Positions 55,692 through 63,674 of a stretch of DNA of 64,000 bases are shown here, in pieces (the first letter of the stretch is position 1; every line of letters begins with the position of its first letter). The position numbers were made by a program, and so were the translations under genes. The notes beneath the pieces were generated by a model, which saw only the letters and a program-made list of their open reading frames with translations, made no database searches and was not told the DNA's origin. This DNA comes from Candidatus Omnitrophota bacterium. Its GTDB lineage: Bacteria; Omnitrophota; Gorgyraeia; Zapsychrales; Zapsychraceae. The stretch covers positions 155,484 to 219,483 of the forward strand of contig DATDQB010000020.1 of assembly GCA_035292445.1 (NCBI GenBank), read 5' to 3'.

Positions 55692-56021
55692 CTATTTTCG
55701 CGGCAACTGGGAAACAAAACCAATGGCTTGATCGATCCACTCCTTCAAGGCAGCCTCGCCCTTCAACCCTTGCGGCTTCGCCATGACCCAACCCTTCATG
55801 GCCCGGCCAGTAATGTCAAAAGGCACGGTGTTCTTTTTCTTTAAAGCGATCCCGGCATTTGCCTCACCCAAGCGCAGGATCAGATTATCTTTCCAGATCC
55901 CAAAGCACATATTGCCGCGCAGCAAAAATCCCACCCCGCCGAACATTTTTTGTTGCTGGAAATCCCTTCGCTCCTCCACTATCTTCGCCAAACGTTTTTC
56001 GAGTTTCTGATCGTAGGCCAT
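55692..56021 (-). CDS. TfoX/Sxy N-terminal-domain family protein.
   Basis: Conserved MFGGVGFLLRGNMCFGIW ... LRL pattern of the TfoX_N domain. Confidence 0.65.
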   Translation of the reverse strand: MAYDQKLEKRLAKIVEERRDFQQQKMFGGVGFLLRGNMCFGIWKDNLILRLGEANAGIALKKKNTVPFDITGRAMKGWVMAKPQGLKGEAALKEWIDQAIGFVSQLPRK

Positions 56022-56033
56022 AATTAATTGAAC

Positions 56034-56066
56034 CTGTCCCCTCAGAGTGTCCTGTCCCCTTCTCCT
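56034..56066. repeat. Inverted-repeat copy (reverse orientation) of the GGGGACAGGACACTC element.
   Basis: cctgtcccctcagagtgtcctgtccccttctcc is the reverse complement of ggagaaggggacaggacactcccaagggaca at 56407-56440. Confidence 0.75.
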
Positions 56067-56383
56067 TTTTCTAAGTTACCTATACATTGATATTTAACTG
56101 TTACCAGATTGTCCGAACAAAAAGAGTTCTCACCAGATTGACATACAGAAGTTGCTTGTCCAAAGGGTTCAGCACTATCATATCCCCAAGCCTGACATCT
56201 CTGCTTCGCAGTTTGCAATGCTGACGCCCAATCTACTTCAACCGTGTCCAGCCAACTATATTGATAGGACATCTCTATAATGCCGTCTGCCCGACTTCCA
56301 CCCGTTGGTTGTAAAACTTTTACCACCGTACACCCAATGAAAACGGGCAATAGGGCTGTCATTATTAAAATCTTTGTTTTCAT
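56042..56383 (-). CDS. Small hypothetical lipoprotein (113 aa). Its coding ends run into the flanking inverted repeats.
   Basis: Lipobox LLPVFIGC after MKTKILIMTA. Cys-rich mature part. The C-terminal GEGDRTL is encoded by the inverted repeat. Confidence 0.5.
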   Translation of the reverse strand: MKTKILIMTALLPVFIGCTVVKVLQPTGGSRADGIIEMSYQYSWLDTVEVDWASALQTAKQRCQAWGYDSAEPFGQATSVCQSGENSFCSDNLVTVKYQCIGNLEKGEGDRTL

Positions 56384-56406
56384 ATTCTTTGGAAAATCAT
56401 GGAGAA

Positions 56407-56447
56407 GGAGAAGGGGACAGGACACTCCCAAGGGACACCCTTCTATT
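56407..56447. repeat. GGGGACAGGACACTCCC element, forward copy 1.
   Basis: ggagaaggggacaggacactcccaagggacacccttctattt. Repeated directly at 56578-56617. Confidence 0.75.
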
Positions 56448-56577
56448 TCTTCTCTACTTCGATCCTCGGAAACAACGCTTCGTGCGTTTGCATCCGAATT
56501 CCTCATCTAAAATAAAAATATTGTACGGGCCGCAGATCTGCGGCCCCTACTTTGTCTCGATTCTTGTATTGAAGGGG

Positions 56578-56617
56578 ACAGGACACTCCCCAGGGACACC
56601 CTTCTATTTTTTCTCCA
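56578..56617. repeat. GGGGACAGGACACTCCC element, forward copy 2.
   Basis: gaaggggacaggacactccccagggacacccttctatttt. Confidence 0.75.
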
Positions 56618-56757
56618 CTTCTCCCCAAATGCTCCCCGCCTTTACACTACAATTGTTGCCGCGCGGCAACAATTTGAATATGTGCCCGCCGGCACAAATT
56701 GTCGGCCCAGCACACAATTTTAAACAGTACGGACCGCAACAGTGTGCGGCCCCTACG

Positions 56758-57144
56758 TTATAACGCCTTAAACAACCCCTCCACAAACTGAAGATACTCG
56801 CTGGCCTCTTTTTTGGCGATCAGCATATCGGCATTATACATATCCCGATTACGGCTTTTGCGCATCCTTTCGCCGACAACCAACACATCCTGCGAACCCA
56901 AGATCTCGCTTAACGCCTCGATGATCTTCTTATGATGCCCCGGACGACTTTTGACGCGGTAACCTTCCTTCGCCAGATAATAGATCCCTATCATAATAAG
57001 CGCCATATAGGAAAAGTGAAAGACCACCTCCGGCTCCCCATGGCGGCCGGCAATATCCAGATTCCGCTTCGCCGATTTGCGATACTTTCCCAGTTGGGCC
57101 TGCGTAAATTTCTGGCTTATAAAAAAATCCTTATCAAATGTCAT
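56758..57144 (-). CDS. HEPN-domain protein, the putative toxin of a HEPN/MNT pair.
   Basis: Rx4H motif (RPGHHKK). 128 aa. Overlaps the upstream MNT gene by 4 bp. Confidence 0.65.
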   Translation of the reverse strand: MTFDKDFFISQKFTQAQLGKYRKSAKRNLDIAGRHGEPEVVFHFSYMALIMIGIYYLAKEGYRVKSRPGHHKKIIEALSEILGSQDVLVVGERMRKSRNRDMYNADMLIAKKEASEYLQFVEGLFKAL

Positions 57145-57686
57145 AATAGACGGACCGTTTTTCCGTCAAAAATGTTTTTGATGAACTCATCCTTTTGTTT
57201 TTTATTCTTGGCCAACTCCTGCGGGGTGATATCGATGACATTGATCTCGCGGCCGGTCTCTTTTTGAAGGCCATAAATGGCCTTTTGCGCCTCTATGCTG
57301 CTGTGGGTCCCGACCAGCAAAATATCGATATCGCTCATCGCTTCATAACGGCCATTGGCGTAGGAACCGAAAATATAAGCTTCCTTGAGGTTCTTGACCG
57401 TTTTAAGCCTCTCGCTCAAACCGTGCTCAAAACCCGCCGTCTTAAGGAAAATTTCTTTATAGTGCTTGTAGAGAGGGTTCCCCTTATTAACGGAAAAAAA
57501 CCTCTCTTTGCCCCTGAACTCGCTTTTAAGAAGGCCTTCCTGCTGAAGCTGCACCAGGATGCGAAAGACGTTCTTGGGGTCGGCTTCAATAAGCCGGGCA
57601 AGCTCGTTAATATAAGCCTGTTTTTCTTCGTTCAAGAAGAAGTAATTGAGGACCCTCGTTTTGGTTTGGGAACGCGCTCGGATCAT
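57141..57686 (-). CDS. Minimal nucleotidyltransferase (MNT, Pol-beta-like) with an N-terminal winged-helix domain, the putative antitoxin.
   Basis: GSYANGRYEAMSDIDILLVG (GSx9-13DxD). N-terminal HTH-like region NELARLIEADPKNVFRILVQLQQEGLL. Confidence 0.7.
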   Translation of the reverse strand: MIRARSQTKTRVLNYFFLNEEKQAYINELARLIEADPKNVFRILVQLQQEGLLKSEFRGKERFFSVNKGNPLYKHYKEIFLKTAGFEHGLSERLKTVKNLKEAYIFGSYANGRYEAMSDIDILLVGTHSSIEAQKAIYGLQKETGREINVIDITPQELAKNKKQKDEFIKNIFDGKTVRLL

Positions 57687-57742
57687 AATGGTCTTTCTTA
57701 ACCATGATTATGGTATAAATATACCATAACAGAAAAAACCTG

Positions 57743-59257
57743 TCAAGCGGCTGCCTTAGGAGTGGTTTCAATCCTCGGAAACAACGCCTCATGCGTTTGT
57801 AGCTGCGTGCCGCTTTTGAGTTCGCCCCACTTGCTCCCTGATTTAACAGCACCCAAAACTTCAAGTACCTTCTGTGTCTTCGAAGGCATAACGGGGGCTA
57901 GAAAGACCGCGCTTATGCGTAGCGCCTCGCTCGCGGTGTAAAGGATAACGCCGGCTTTTTTAAGGTCCTCTTTGGCGACCTTCCAGGGAGCAGATTCCTC
58001 CAGGTATTTATTCGCCATGCGGACAATGTTCAAGGGCGCTTCAATGGCTTCCCTTATATTCATCCGCTCGATGGATTCCGGAACGGTCTTGGCTAACGCT
58101 TCCGCCGCTTGTTTAATATCTTGTACGGAACGGTCGAGACCGTTCCCTACGGGGATTTTCCCATCAAACAATTTATTAATCAACCCGCTCACGCGGTTCA
58201 ACAAATTCCCAAAGTCATTAGCGAGATCGCTATTGAAACGTTTGATAAAGGATTCGATCGTAAAGTTCGCATCAGAACCGAGCACCATTTCACTCATCAG
58301 ATAATAGCGGACCGGGTCCACCCCATATTGCTCGATCAGATCCAATGGATTGACCACATTCCCTAAGGATTTGCTCATTTTGGACTCGCCAATAAGCCAC
58401 CAGCCGTGGGCGAAAATTGTTTTGGGCAGCGGAATGCCGAGTGAGAAAAGCATGGTCGGCCAATACACGGCGTGGGTGGTCAAAATATCCTTGCCGATCA
58501 GATGAACGTCCGCCGACCACCATTTCTTAAAATTTTTCTCATTGCTTCCATAACCTGGGACGGAAATGTAATTGATAAGCGCGTCAAACCACACATAGGT
58601 GACGTAATCTTTATCAAAAGGAATTTCAATGCCCCAGCTCATGCGGGACTTGGGCCGCGAGATGCACAGGTCCGTCAGCGGCTGCTTTAAAAACCCAAGA
58701 ACTTCATTCTTACGATGTTCGGGCTGGATAAATTCGGGATGCGTATTGATGTATTCGATGAGCTGTTTCTGGTACTTGCCCATCTTGAAAAAATAGTTCT
58801 TCTCTTTTAATTCCTTAACGTCCCGGAAGGCGCCGGATTCTTTCTCGGTTGAGGTGATGAAACGCTCCTCCGAAACCGAATACCAGCCCGTGTACTCATC
58901 GATGTAAATATCGCCCTTGTCGTAGACTTCCTGCAACACTTTTTGCACGATTGTCGTGTGGCGCTTCTCGGTCGTGCGGATAAAATCATCGTTCTCGATC
59001 TCAAGGCGCTTCCACAATTCGCTGAACCTCGGCGCCATCTCATCGGCGTGCTGCTGAGGGCTTACCCCTCTTTTTTCCGCGGCCTGGGCCACTTTTTGCC
59101 CGTGCTCATCGAGGCCTGTTAAGAAAAAAACCTCATCACCCGCGACCTTATGGTAACGGGCGAGCACATCGGCGAGGATCGTTGTGTACGCATGCCCAAT
59201 GTGCGGCTTGTCGTTCACGTAGTAAATCGGAGTTGTGACAAAAAATTTGGAGCTCAT
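57743..59257 (-). CDS. metG: Methionyl-tRNA synthetase (core form without the C-terminal tRNA-binding domain).
   Basis: HIGHAYT and KMSKS motifs (PHIGHAYTTILAD, SKMSKSLGN). Confidence 0.9.
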   Translation of the reverse strand: MSSKFFVTTPIYYVNDKPHIGHAYTTILADVLARYHKVAGDEVFFLTGLDEHGQKVAQAAEKRGVSPQQHADEMAPRFSELWKRLEIENDDFIRTTEKRHTTIVQKVLQEVYDKGDIYIDEYTGWYSVSEERFITSTEKESGAFRDVKELKEKNYFFKMGKYQKQLIEYINTHPEFIQPEHRKNEVLGFLKQPLTDLCISRPKSRMSWGIEIPFDKDYVTYVWFDALINYISVPGYGSNEKNFKKWWSADVHLIGKDILTTHAVYWPTMLFSLGIPLPKTIFAHGWWLIGESKMSKSLGNVVNPLDLIEQYGVDPVRYYLMSEMVLGSDANFTIESFIKRFNSDLANDFGNLLNRVSGLINKLFDGKIPVGNGLDRSVQDIKQAAEALAKTVPESIERMNIREAIEAPLNIVRMANKYLEESAPWKVAKEDLKKAGVILYTASEALRISAVFLAPVMPSKTQKVLEVLGAVKSGSKWGELKSGTQLQTHEALFPRIETTPKAAA

Positions 59258-59341
59258 AGATTTGGGTTACCAGTTACCTGTTTCCTGTTACCAGTTGTTA
59301 CCTGTTTTATTGGTAACCGGTAACGGGTAACCGGTAACTAT
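59258..59341. repeat. Intergenic GGTAACC-motif long hairpin, the same family as 39111-39213.
   Basis: gggttaccagttacctgtttcctgttaccagttgttacctgtttt attg gtaaccggtaacgggtaaccggtaac. Confidence 0.6.
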
Positions 59342-60124
59342 TTATGTATATACCGACTTGACCAGGCGGCCTTCACCCACATCCACGGTCACGTACTTTT
59401 TGAGGATGTTGATATCCACGACCCTGCCCTTGCCTTCGGGGAGCGTGACCTTATCGCCGACCCGAGGTAAGTTCCTGGCAAATTCCCTGTAGACCTCGTA
59501 CTCATACGCCATGCAGCATTTGATCCGCCCGCACACCCCTGATATGCGTGAGGGGTTAAGGGGCAGCCCCTGGCTCTTGGCCATTTTTATCGACAAAGGA
59601 TGGAAGCCTTTCAGGAAAGAACTGCAGCAAAGCTCGCGGCCGCACACGCCATAACCACCGATGATCTTCGCCTTATCGCGCACGCCTATTTGCTTCAATT
59701 CGATGCGCACCCTAAAAACGCGCGCCAGATCCTTAACAAGATTGCGGAAATCCACGCGCCCTTCGGAGGTAAAATAAAAAATGACCTTGCTTGAGTCAAA
59801 GGTGTATTCCACCTTCGTGATCTGCATATCAAGCTTGCGGTCGGTGATCTTGCGCACACAGGTGCTTTGGGCGTCCTTGGCCTTCATGAGGTTATTCTCG
59901 ATCTGCTTAAGGTCCCCTTCGGTCGCTTTGCGCAAGACCTTGCCCTCGACGGATTCGGGCTTGGTGTCACATACCTTTTTGATATCGGAGATGACACGGC
60001 CGAACTCACTCCCGCGCTCGACCTCCAGTATCACGATATCGCCTCTATTGCATTCCACGCTGTTCAAGTAACACAAACTCGGGCCGCGAAACTCGCCCAA
60101 TTGCACTTCGATCAGTCTATCCAT
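59342..60124 (-). CDS. PSP1-domain protein (YaaT / RicT-like).
   Basis: PSP1 C-terminal domain pattern. Conserved position between holB and metG, as in the Firmicute tmk-holB-yaaT arrangement. Confidence 0.75.
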   Translation of the reverse strand: MDRLIEVQLGEFRGPSLCYLNSVECNRGDIVILEVERGSEFGRVISDIKKVCDTKPESVEGKVLRKATEGDLKQIENNLMKAKDAQSTCVRKITDRKLDMQITKVEYTFDSSKVIFYFTSEGRVDFRNLVKDLARVFRVRIELKQIGVRDKAKIIGGYGVCGRELCCSSFLKGFHPLSIKMAKSQGLPLNPSRISGVCGRIKCCMAYEYEVYREFARNLPRVGDKVTLPEGKGRVVDINILKKYVTVDVGEGRLVKSVYT

Positions 60125-61082
60125 GGATCATCTCCCTCAATATCATCAATGACAAGCGGATGTTAAGGTTGTCCGTAAGCTGCTTGTAGGCCAGAACAAC
60201 CGTGTCATGGATCGTATTTAACTGCGCGAATGAAAATTTGACCTGGAAATTCTCCAAATCCTTCTTGCGGTCCAGATGGATGAGCCGCTGGTCAGCGACC
60301 CCCGATTTGCACAAAATGGCGTCCCTGACCCAGCTCAATAGGACTTTAAGGAACTCTTGGCATTTTTCCCTATCAGTACTCATCTCTTTGATGAACGCCT
60401 CGCTGTCAGCGCGGAAAAGAAATTCATCCAAATATTCGTTCTTGGCCTCGAAAAAACCTTCCTCCCGCAGCCGCTCGGCCCTTTTCAGGCACCCTTCGGC
60501 GAAATACGACAGGAAATGGGACGAGGCAAAGCTTTCCACATATTTTCCTTCCAGGTATTGGAGGATCCTTTCGCTGGATTCGCTTAAAAAATGCACCGCT
60601 TGGCAGCGCGAGCGCACCGTCGGCAAAAGTTTCTCAGGAACCGAGCTCGTCAACAAAAGGACGCTTGTGCTGGTAGGCTCCTCAAGCGTTTTTAAAAGGG
60701 CATTCGCCGCATCCGGCGTCATCCCTTCGGCGTCCTTGATGATGAAAACTTTCCTTTTCGCCTCGAACGGCCTTAAGCGCGCCTGGCCCAAGAGCTCTCT
60801 GACCTGGTCGATCTTGATGACGGATGAATCCTCTTCGCATTGCAGCACGTGCACGTCCGGATGATTGGATTTAATTATCTTCAGGCAGGAGGCGCATTGA
60901 TCACAAGAAATGCCTTCACCCGGCTTCTCACAATTGAGCATTTTGGCGAGCACGAGGGCCGTTTCGAATTTGCCGACCTCCTGGGGGCCGATCAAAAGAT
61001 AGGCGTGGGCCAAGAGGCCTTTCTTCTCAATCGTGCAAAAGCGCTCAAGAATATTTTGATGGATGTTGAGGATTTCTTTCAT
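60117..61082 (-). CDS. holB: DNA polymerase III delta-prime subunit.
   Basis: AAA+ Walker-A-like GPQEVGKFETALVLAKMLNC. Zinc module CDQCASC. SRC box TVRSRCQ. Confidence 0.85.
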   Translation of the reverse strand: MKEILNIHQNILERFCTIEKKGLLAHAYLLIGPQEVGKFETALVLAKMLNCEKPGEGISCDQCASCLKIIKSNHPDVHVLQCEEDSSVIKIDQVRELLGQARLRPFEAKRKVFIIKDAEGMTPDAANALLKTLEEPTSTSVLLLTSSVPEKLLPTVRSRCQAVHFLSESSERILQYLEGKYVESFASSHFLSYFAEGCLKRAERLREEGFFEAKNEYLDEFLFRADSEAFIKEMSTDREKCQEFLKVLLSWVRDAILCKSGVADQRLIHLDRKKDLENFQVKFSFAQLNTIHDTVVLAYKQLTDNLNIRLSLMILREMIHG

Positions 61083-61159
61083 GTTAGCTTTCAGTCGTCA
61101 GTCTTCAGTCATCAGAAACCATCCGTCTGACAGCTGACGACTGACGTCTGATGACTTAT
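61083..61159. repeat. Intergenic hairpin built from GTCAG/CTGAC tandem motifs, between tmk and holB.
   Basis: tcagtcgtcagtcttcagtcatcag aaaccatcc gtctgacagctgacgactgacgtctgatgac. Confidence 0.55.
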
Positions 61160-61780
61160 TTACATTTTTAACAACCGCTCAATATACGCTTTTACCTTTG
61201 CGTGAATTATCTCCGGAGATCCATTCACCTTGATCACCTTGACCCTCTTGGGTTCTTGGCGCGCGATCGTAAGATACCCCCGGCGCACCTTTTGATGGTA
61301 CGATAACTTCCTTCGTTCGATCCTATCTTTCTTGCGATGGATGCGCGAGAGGCCGGTTTGCGGTTCGATATCGAAAACAAGCGTCAGATCCGGCGTGATC
61401 CCCTGGGTTGCGAAGGCCCCCATTTTCTTGATGAGCGCCAGATCCACCCCGCAACCGTAGCCCTGATAAGCAAGCGTTGAATCCAGAAAGCGGTCGCATA
61501 AGATGATCTTGCCCTTTTGAAGCGCCGGGCGGATGACCTCGGCGACCAGTTGGGCGCGGGCGGCCATGTACAGGAATGTTTCGCATTCCTTGCCCATGCG
61601 GACGTTCTTGGCATCCAGCAGGATACGGCGGATTTTCTCGCTGATGGCAACACCTCCGGGCTCGCGCACGAACAGAACGGATCTGCCTTTGCGCTTTAAA
61701 TATTTCTTGATGAGCTCGATCTGGGTGGATTTCCCTGAGCCTTCCGAGCCTTCAAAGGTGATGAATTTACCTTTTATCAT
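61160..61780 (-). CDS. tmk: Thymidylate kinase.
   Basis: P-loop FITFEGSEGSGKST. DRF-like motif CDRF. LID-region basic residues. Confidence 0.85.
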   Translation of the reverse strand: MIKGKFITFEGSEGSGKSTQIELIKKYLKRKGRSVLFVREPGGVAISEKIRRILLDAKNVRMGKECETFLYMAARAQLVAEVIRPALQKGKIILCDRFLDSTLAYQGYGCGVDLALIKKMGAFATQGITPDLTLVFDIEPQTGLSRIHRKKDRIERRKLSYHQKVRRGYLTIARQEPKRVKVIKVNGSPEIIHAKVKAYIERLLKM

Positions 61781-61784
61781 TGTT

Positions 61785-62093
61785 TCAATTCTTTGCCAAC
61801 ATGGCAAAACGCAACGAATAGTCTTTTAAAGATTCGGGATCGATATCGTAAACTTTCGTCTGGCAATACCAATCGCTCAATACTTCCTTAAATCGGCACA
61901 ATTCCCTCAATCTCGATACATTCCTTTTATCGTCTATGGTCAGATCCAATAATTCAAGCAGCCTCCATAACGATGAGTTCATATGTTCAGTATCATTTTG
62001 GTCCTTGAACTTAATGGCCCGGCTTAACTCGCTGGCAACATTGCCCAGCTGCTGATAGAACGACAGGTTTTGCCATTTTTGTTGGCTGATCAT
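61785..62093 (-). CDS. Hypothetical 102-aa protein.
   Basis: ORF that overlaps the upstream gene by 4 bp and lies just upstream of tmk. Confidence 0.45.
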   Translation of the reverse strand: MISQQKWQNLSFYQQLGNVASELSRAIKFKDQNDTEHMNSSLWRLLELLDLTIDDKRNVSRLRELCRFKEVLSDWYCQTKVYDIDPESLKDYSLRFAMLAKN

Positions 62094-62437
62094 AAAAAGA
62101 CCTTTTCAAAAATGATGCGTTTCATTTCTTTGCGAATGGCAGGGTCCTGGACTTCTAAATTCCTGTTATTATCTCTCGGCCGAATATTGATAAACGACTC
62201 GAACATCAGGCATTCTTCTTTATTTTTATCTAAAAGAATATTAAAACCCCATAGATCAGATTGCTTCGAGCCATTCTTTAATAAAACCTCCTCGGCATCC
62301 GCATGCATCTCGCCCCCCAAGGCCACCACTTCACGCCTTATGTCAACGACGCCTTTGATCAGATCTTCGTAATATTCCTTGGCCAGGTCTTTTAATTCCT
62401 CTTGGGGAATAGGTTGACTTATAATGCGTATGCCCAT
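62090..62437 (-). CDS. Hypothetical 115-aa protein (possibly a DUF-type conserved small protein).
   Basis: ORF with acidic motifs (VVALGGEMHADAEE). First gene of the apparent tmk operon. Confidence 0.45.
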   Translation of the reverse strand: MGIRIISQPIPQEELKDLAKEYYEDLIKGVVDIRREVVALGGEMHADAEEVLLKNGSKQSDLWGFNILLDKNKEECLMFESFINIRPRDNNRNLEVQDPAIRKEMKRIIFEKVFL

Positions 62438-62492
62438 ATATAAATCCTCGGTTCAAAATTCATGGTCTTGAATGAAAAATTCCCGGATGCGT

Positions 62493-63173
62493 TTAGCTGC
62501 GGGGCTTGCCCTTATCCTCGAGGTCTCTCACCCGTTGGATAATGTCTTTTAAGTGCTGCATAATAGGATCCGTTACCTGCACGTGATCCATCATGAGGTC
62601 TATTCTTTTTCCATCTTGCTTGGTGACGTGGCCGGGAACGCCGACCACGGTCGAGTTGGGCGGCACGTCCTTCAAGACGACCGCGTTGGCCCCGATGTAC
62701 GTGTTGGAGCCGATAGTGATGTTCCCTAAAATTTTCGCGCCCGCGCCCACGACGATATTATCACCGAGTGTGGGATGCCTTTTGCCGGTTTCTTTGCCTG
62801 TCCCGCCGAGCGTCACCCCCTGAAATAACGTGACGTTATCGCCGACGATCGATGTCTCCCCGATCACGACCCCCATCCCGTGGTCGATAAAAAGCCCCTT
62901 GCCTATTTGCGCCCCGGGATGAATCTCGATGCCGGTAAAAAACCGCGCGAGCTGCGACAACCAGCGGGCAAAAAAAGTGAGCTTGGCCTCCCACAGGACA
63001 TGGTTGATCCGGTAAGCGATGATGGCGTGCAGCCCCGAGTAGATCAGGATGATCTGCAGAAATCCGCGCGCGGCCGGGTCCCTTTCCCTGGTACTGTTGA
63101 TCTCGTCTTTAAAGAAGACGCCGATAAGCACAATGGCAACAATGAATATGACCAATATTTGTATTAACATCAT
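62493..63173 (-). CDS. cysE: Serine O-acetyltransferase.
   Basis: [25 protein letters not shown]-terminal SAT region, followed by left-handed beta-helix hexapeptide repeats ([11 protein letters not shown] ... [14 protein letters not shown]). Confidence 0.8.
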   Translation of the reverse strand: MMLIQILVIFIVAIVLIGVFFKDEINSTRERDPAARGFLQIILIYSGLHAIIAYRINHVLWEAKLTFFARWLSQLARFFTGIEIHPGAQIGKGLFIDHGMGVVIGETSIVGDNVTLFQGVTLGGTGKETGKRHPTLGDNIVVGAGAKILGNITIGSNTYIGANAVVLKDVPPNSTVVGVPGHVTKQDGKRIDLMMDHVQVTDPIMQHLKDIIQRVRDLEDKGKPRS

Positions 63174-63188
63174 ATCCCCTTTGGGTCC

Positions 63189-63674
63189 TTAATCTTTAGC
63201 TTTGATCAATAAAGCACTCGCGAATGCCGCGATACCTTTACCTTCTCCGATGGCGCCGAGTTTTTCCTGGGTCGTCGCTTTGATGTTGACCTGGTTTTCA
63301 TCGATCGCGAGCTTGTACGCGATATGAAAACGCATCTGCGTTTTAAAATTCTTCAAATTCGGCTCTTCGGCCTGGATCACCGTGTCAATGTTGGCGACCT
63401 TGTAGCCTTCCTTCTCGAGCATCTCATTGATGTGCCCCAAAAGGACCATGCTGGAGATGCCCTTATATTTAGGGTCGGTGTTCGGGAAATGCTCCCCGAT
63501 GTCGCCGCGGCCCAGAGCTCCCAGAATAGCATCGCAGACGGCGTGCGTCAAGACATCCGCGTCCGAGTGGCCCTCGAGGCCTTTTGAATACGGAATTTCC
63601 ACGCCGCCCAGGATAAGCTTCCTTCCGGGCGCGAAACGGTGGATATCGTAACCTATGCCGAAGCGGTATGTCAT
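63189..63674 (-). CDS. ispF: 2-C-methyl-D-erythritol 2,4-cyclodiphosphate synthase.
   Basis: GIGYDIHRF ... EGHSDADVLTHA ... zinc- and substrate-binding motifs. Confidence 0.9.
   Translation of the reverse strand: MTYRFGIGYDIHRFAPGRKLILGGVEIPYSKGLEGHSDADVLTHAVCDAILGALGRGDIGEHFPNTDPKYKGISSMVLLGHINEMLEKEGYKVANIDTVIQAEEPNLKNFKTQMRFHIAYKLAIDENQVNIKATTQEKLGAIGEGKGIAAFASALLIKAKD

Noticed and set aside
56400-56760. Possible CRISPR array, suggested by the repeated GGGGACAGGACACTCCC units and palindromes.
   Set aside because: There are only two direct copies and one inverted copy. Spacing is irregular and no cas genes are present. The other palindromes are all different sequences, so this is not a repeat-spacer array.
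56374-56763. 129-aa plus-strand ORF spanning the palindrome-rich spacer.
   Set aside because: It is translated through the repeat copies and perfect palindromes and has low-complexity content. It is more likely non-coding.
58136-58154. Partial match (gagaccgttccctacgg) to a half-site of the 31-bp palindrome, inside metG.
   Set aside because: It is only a 10-12-nt core match, which could occur by chance in 64 kb. It is mentioned in the findings but not annotated as a repeat copy.
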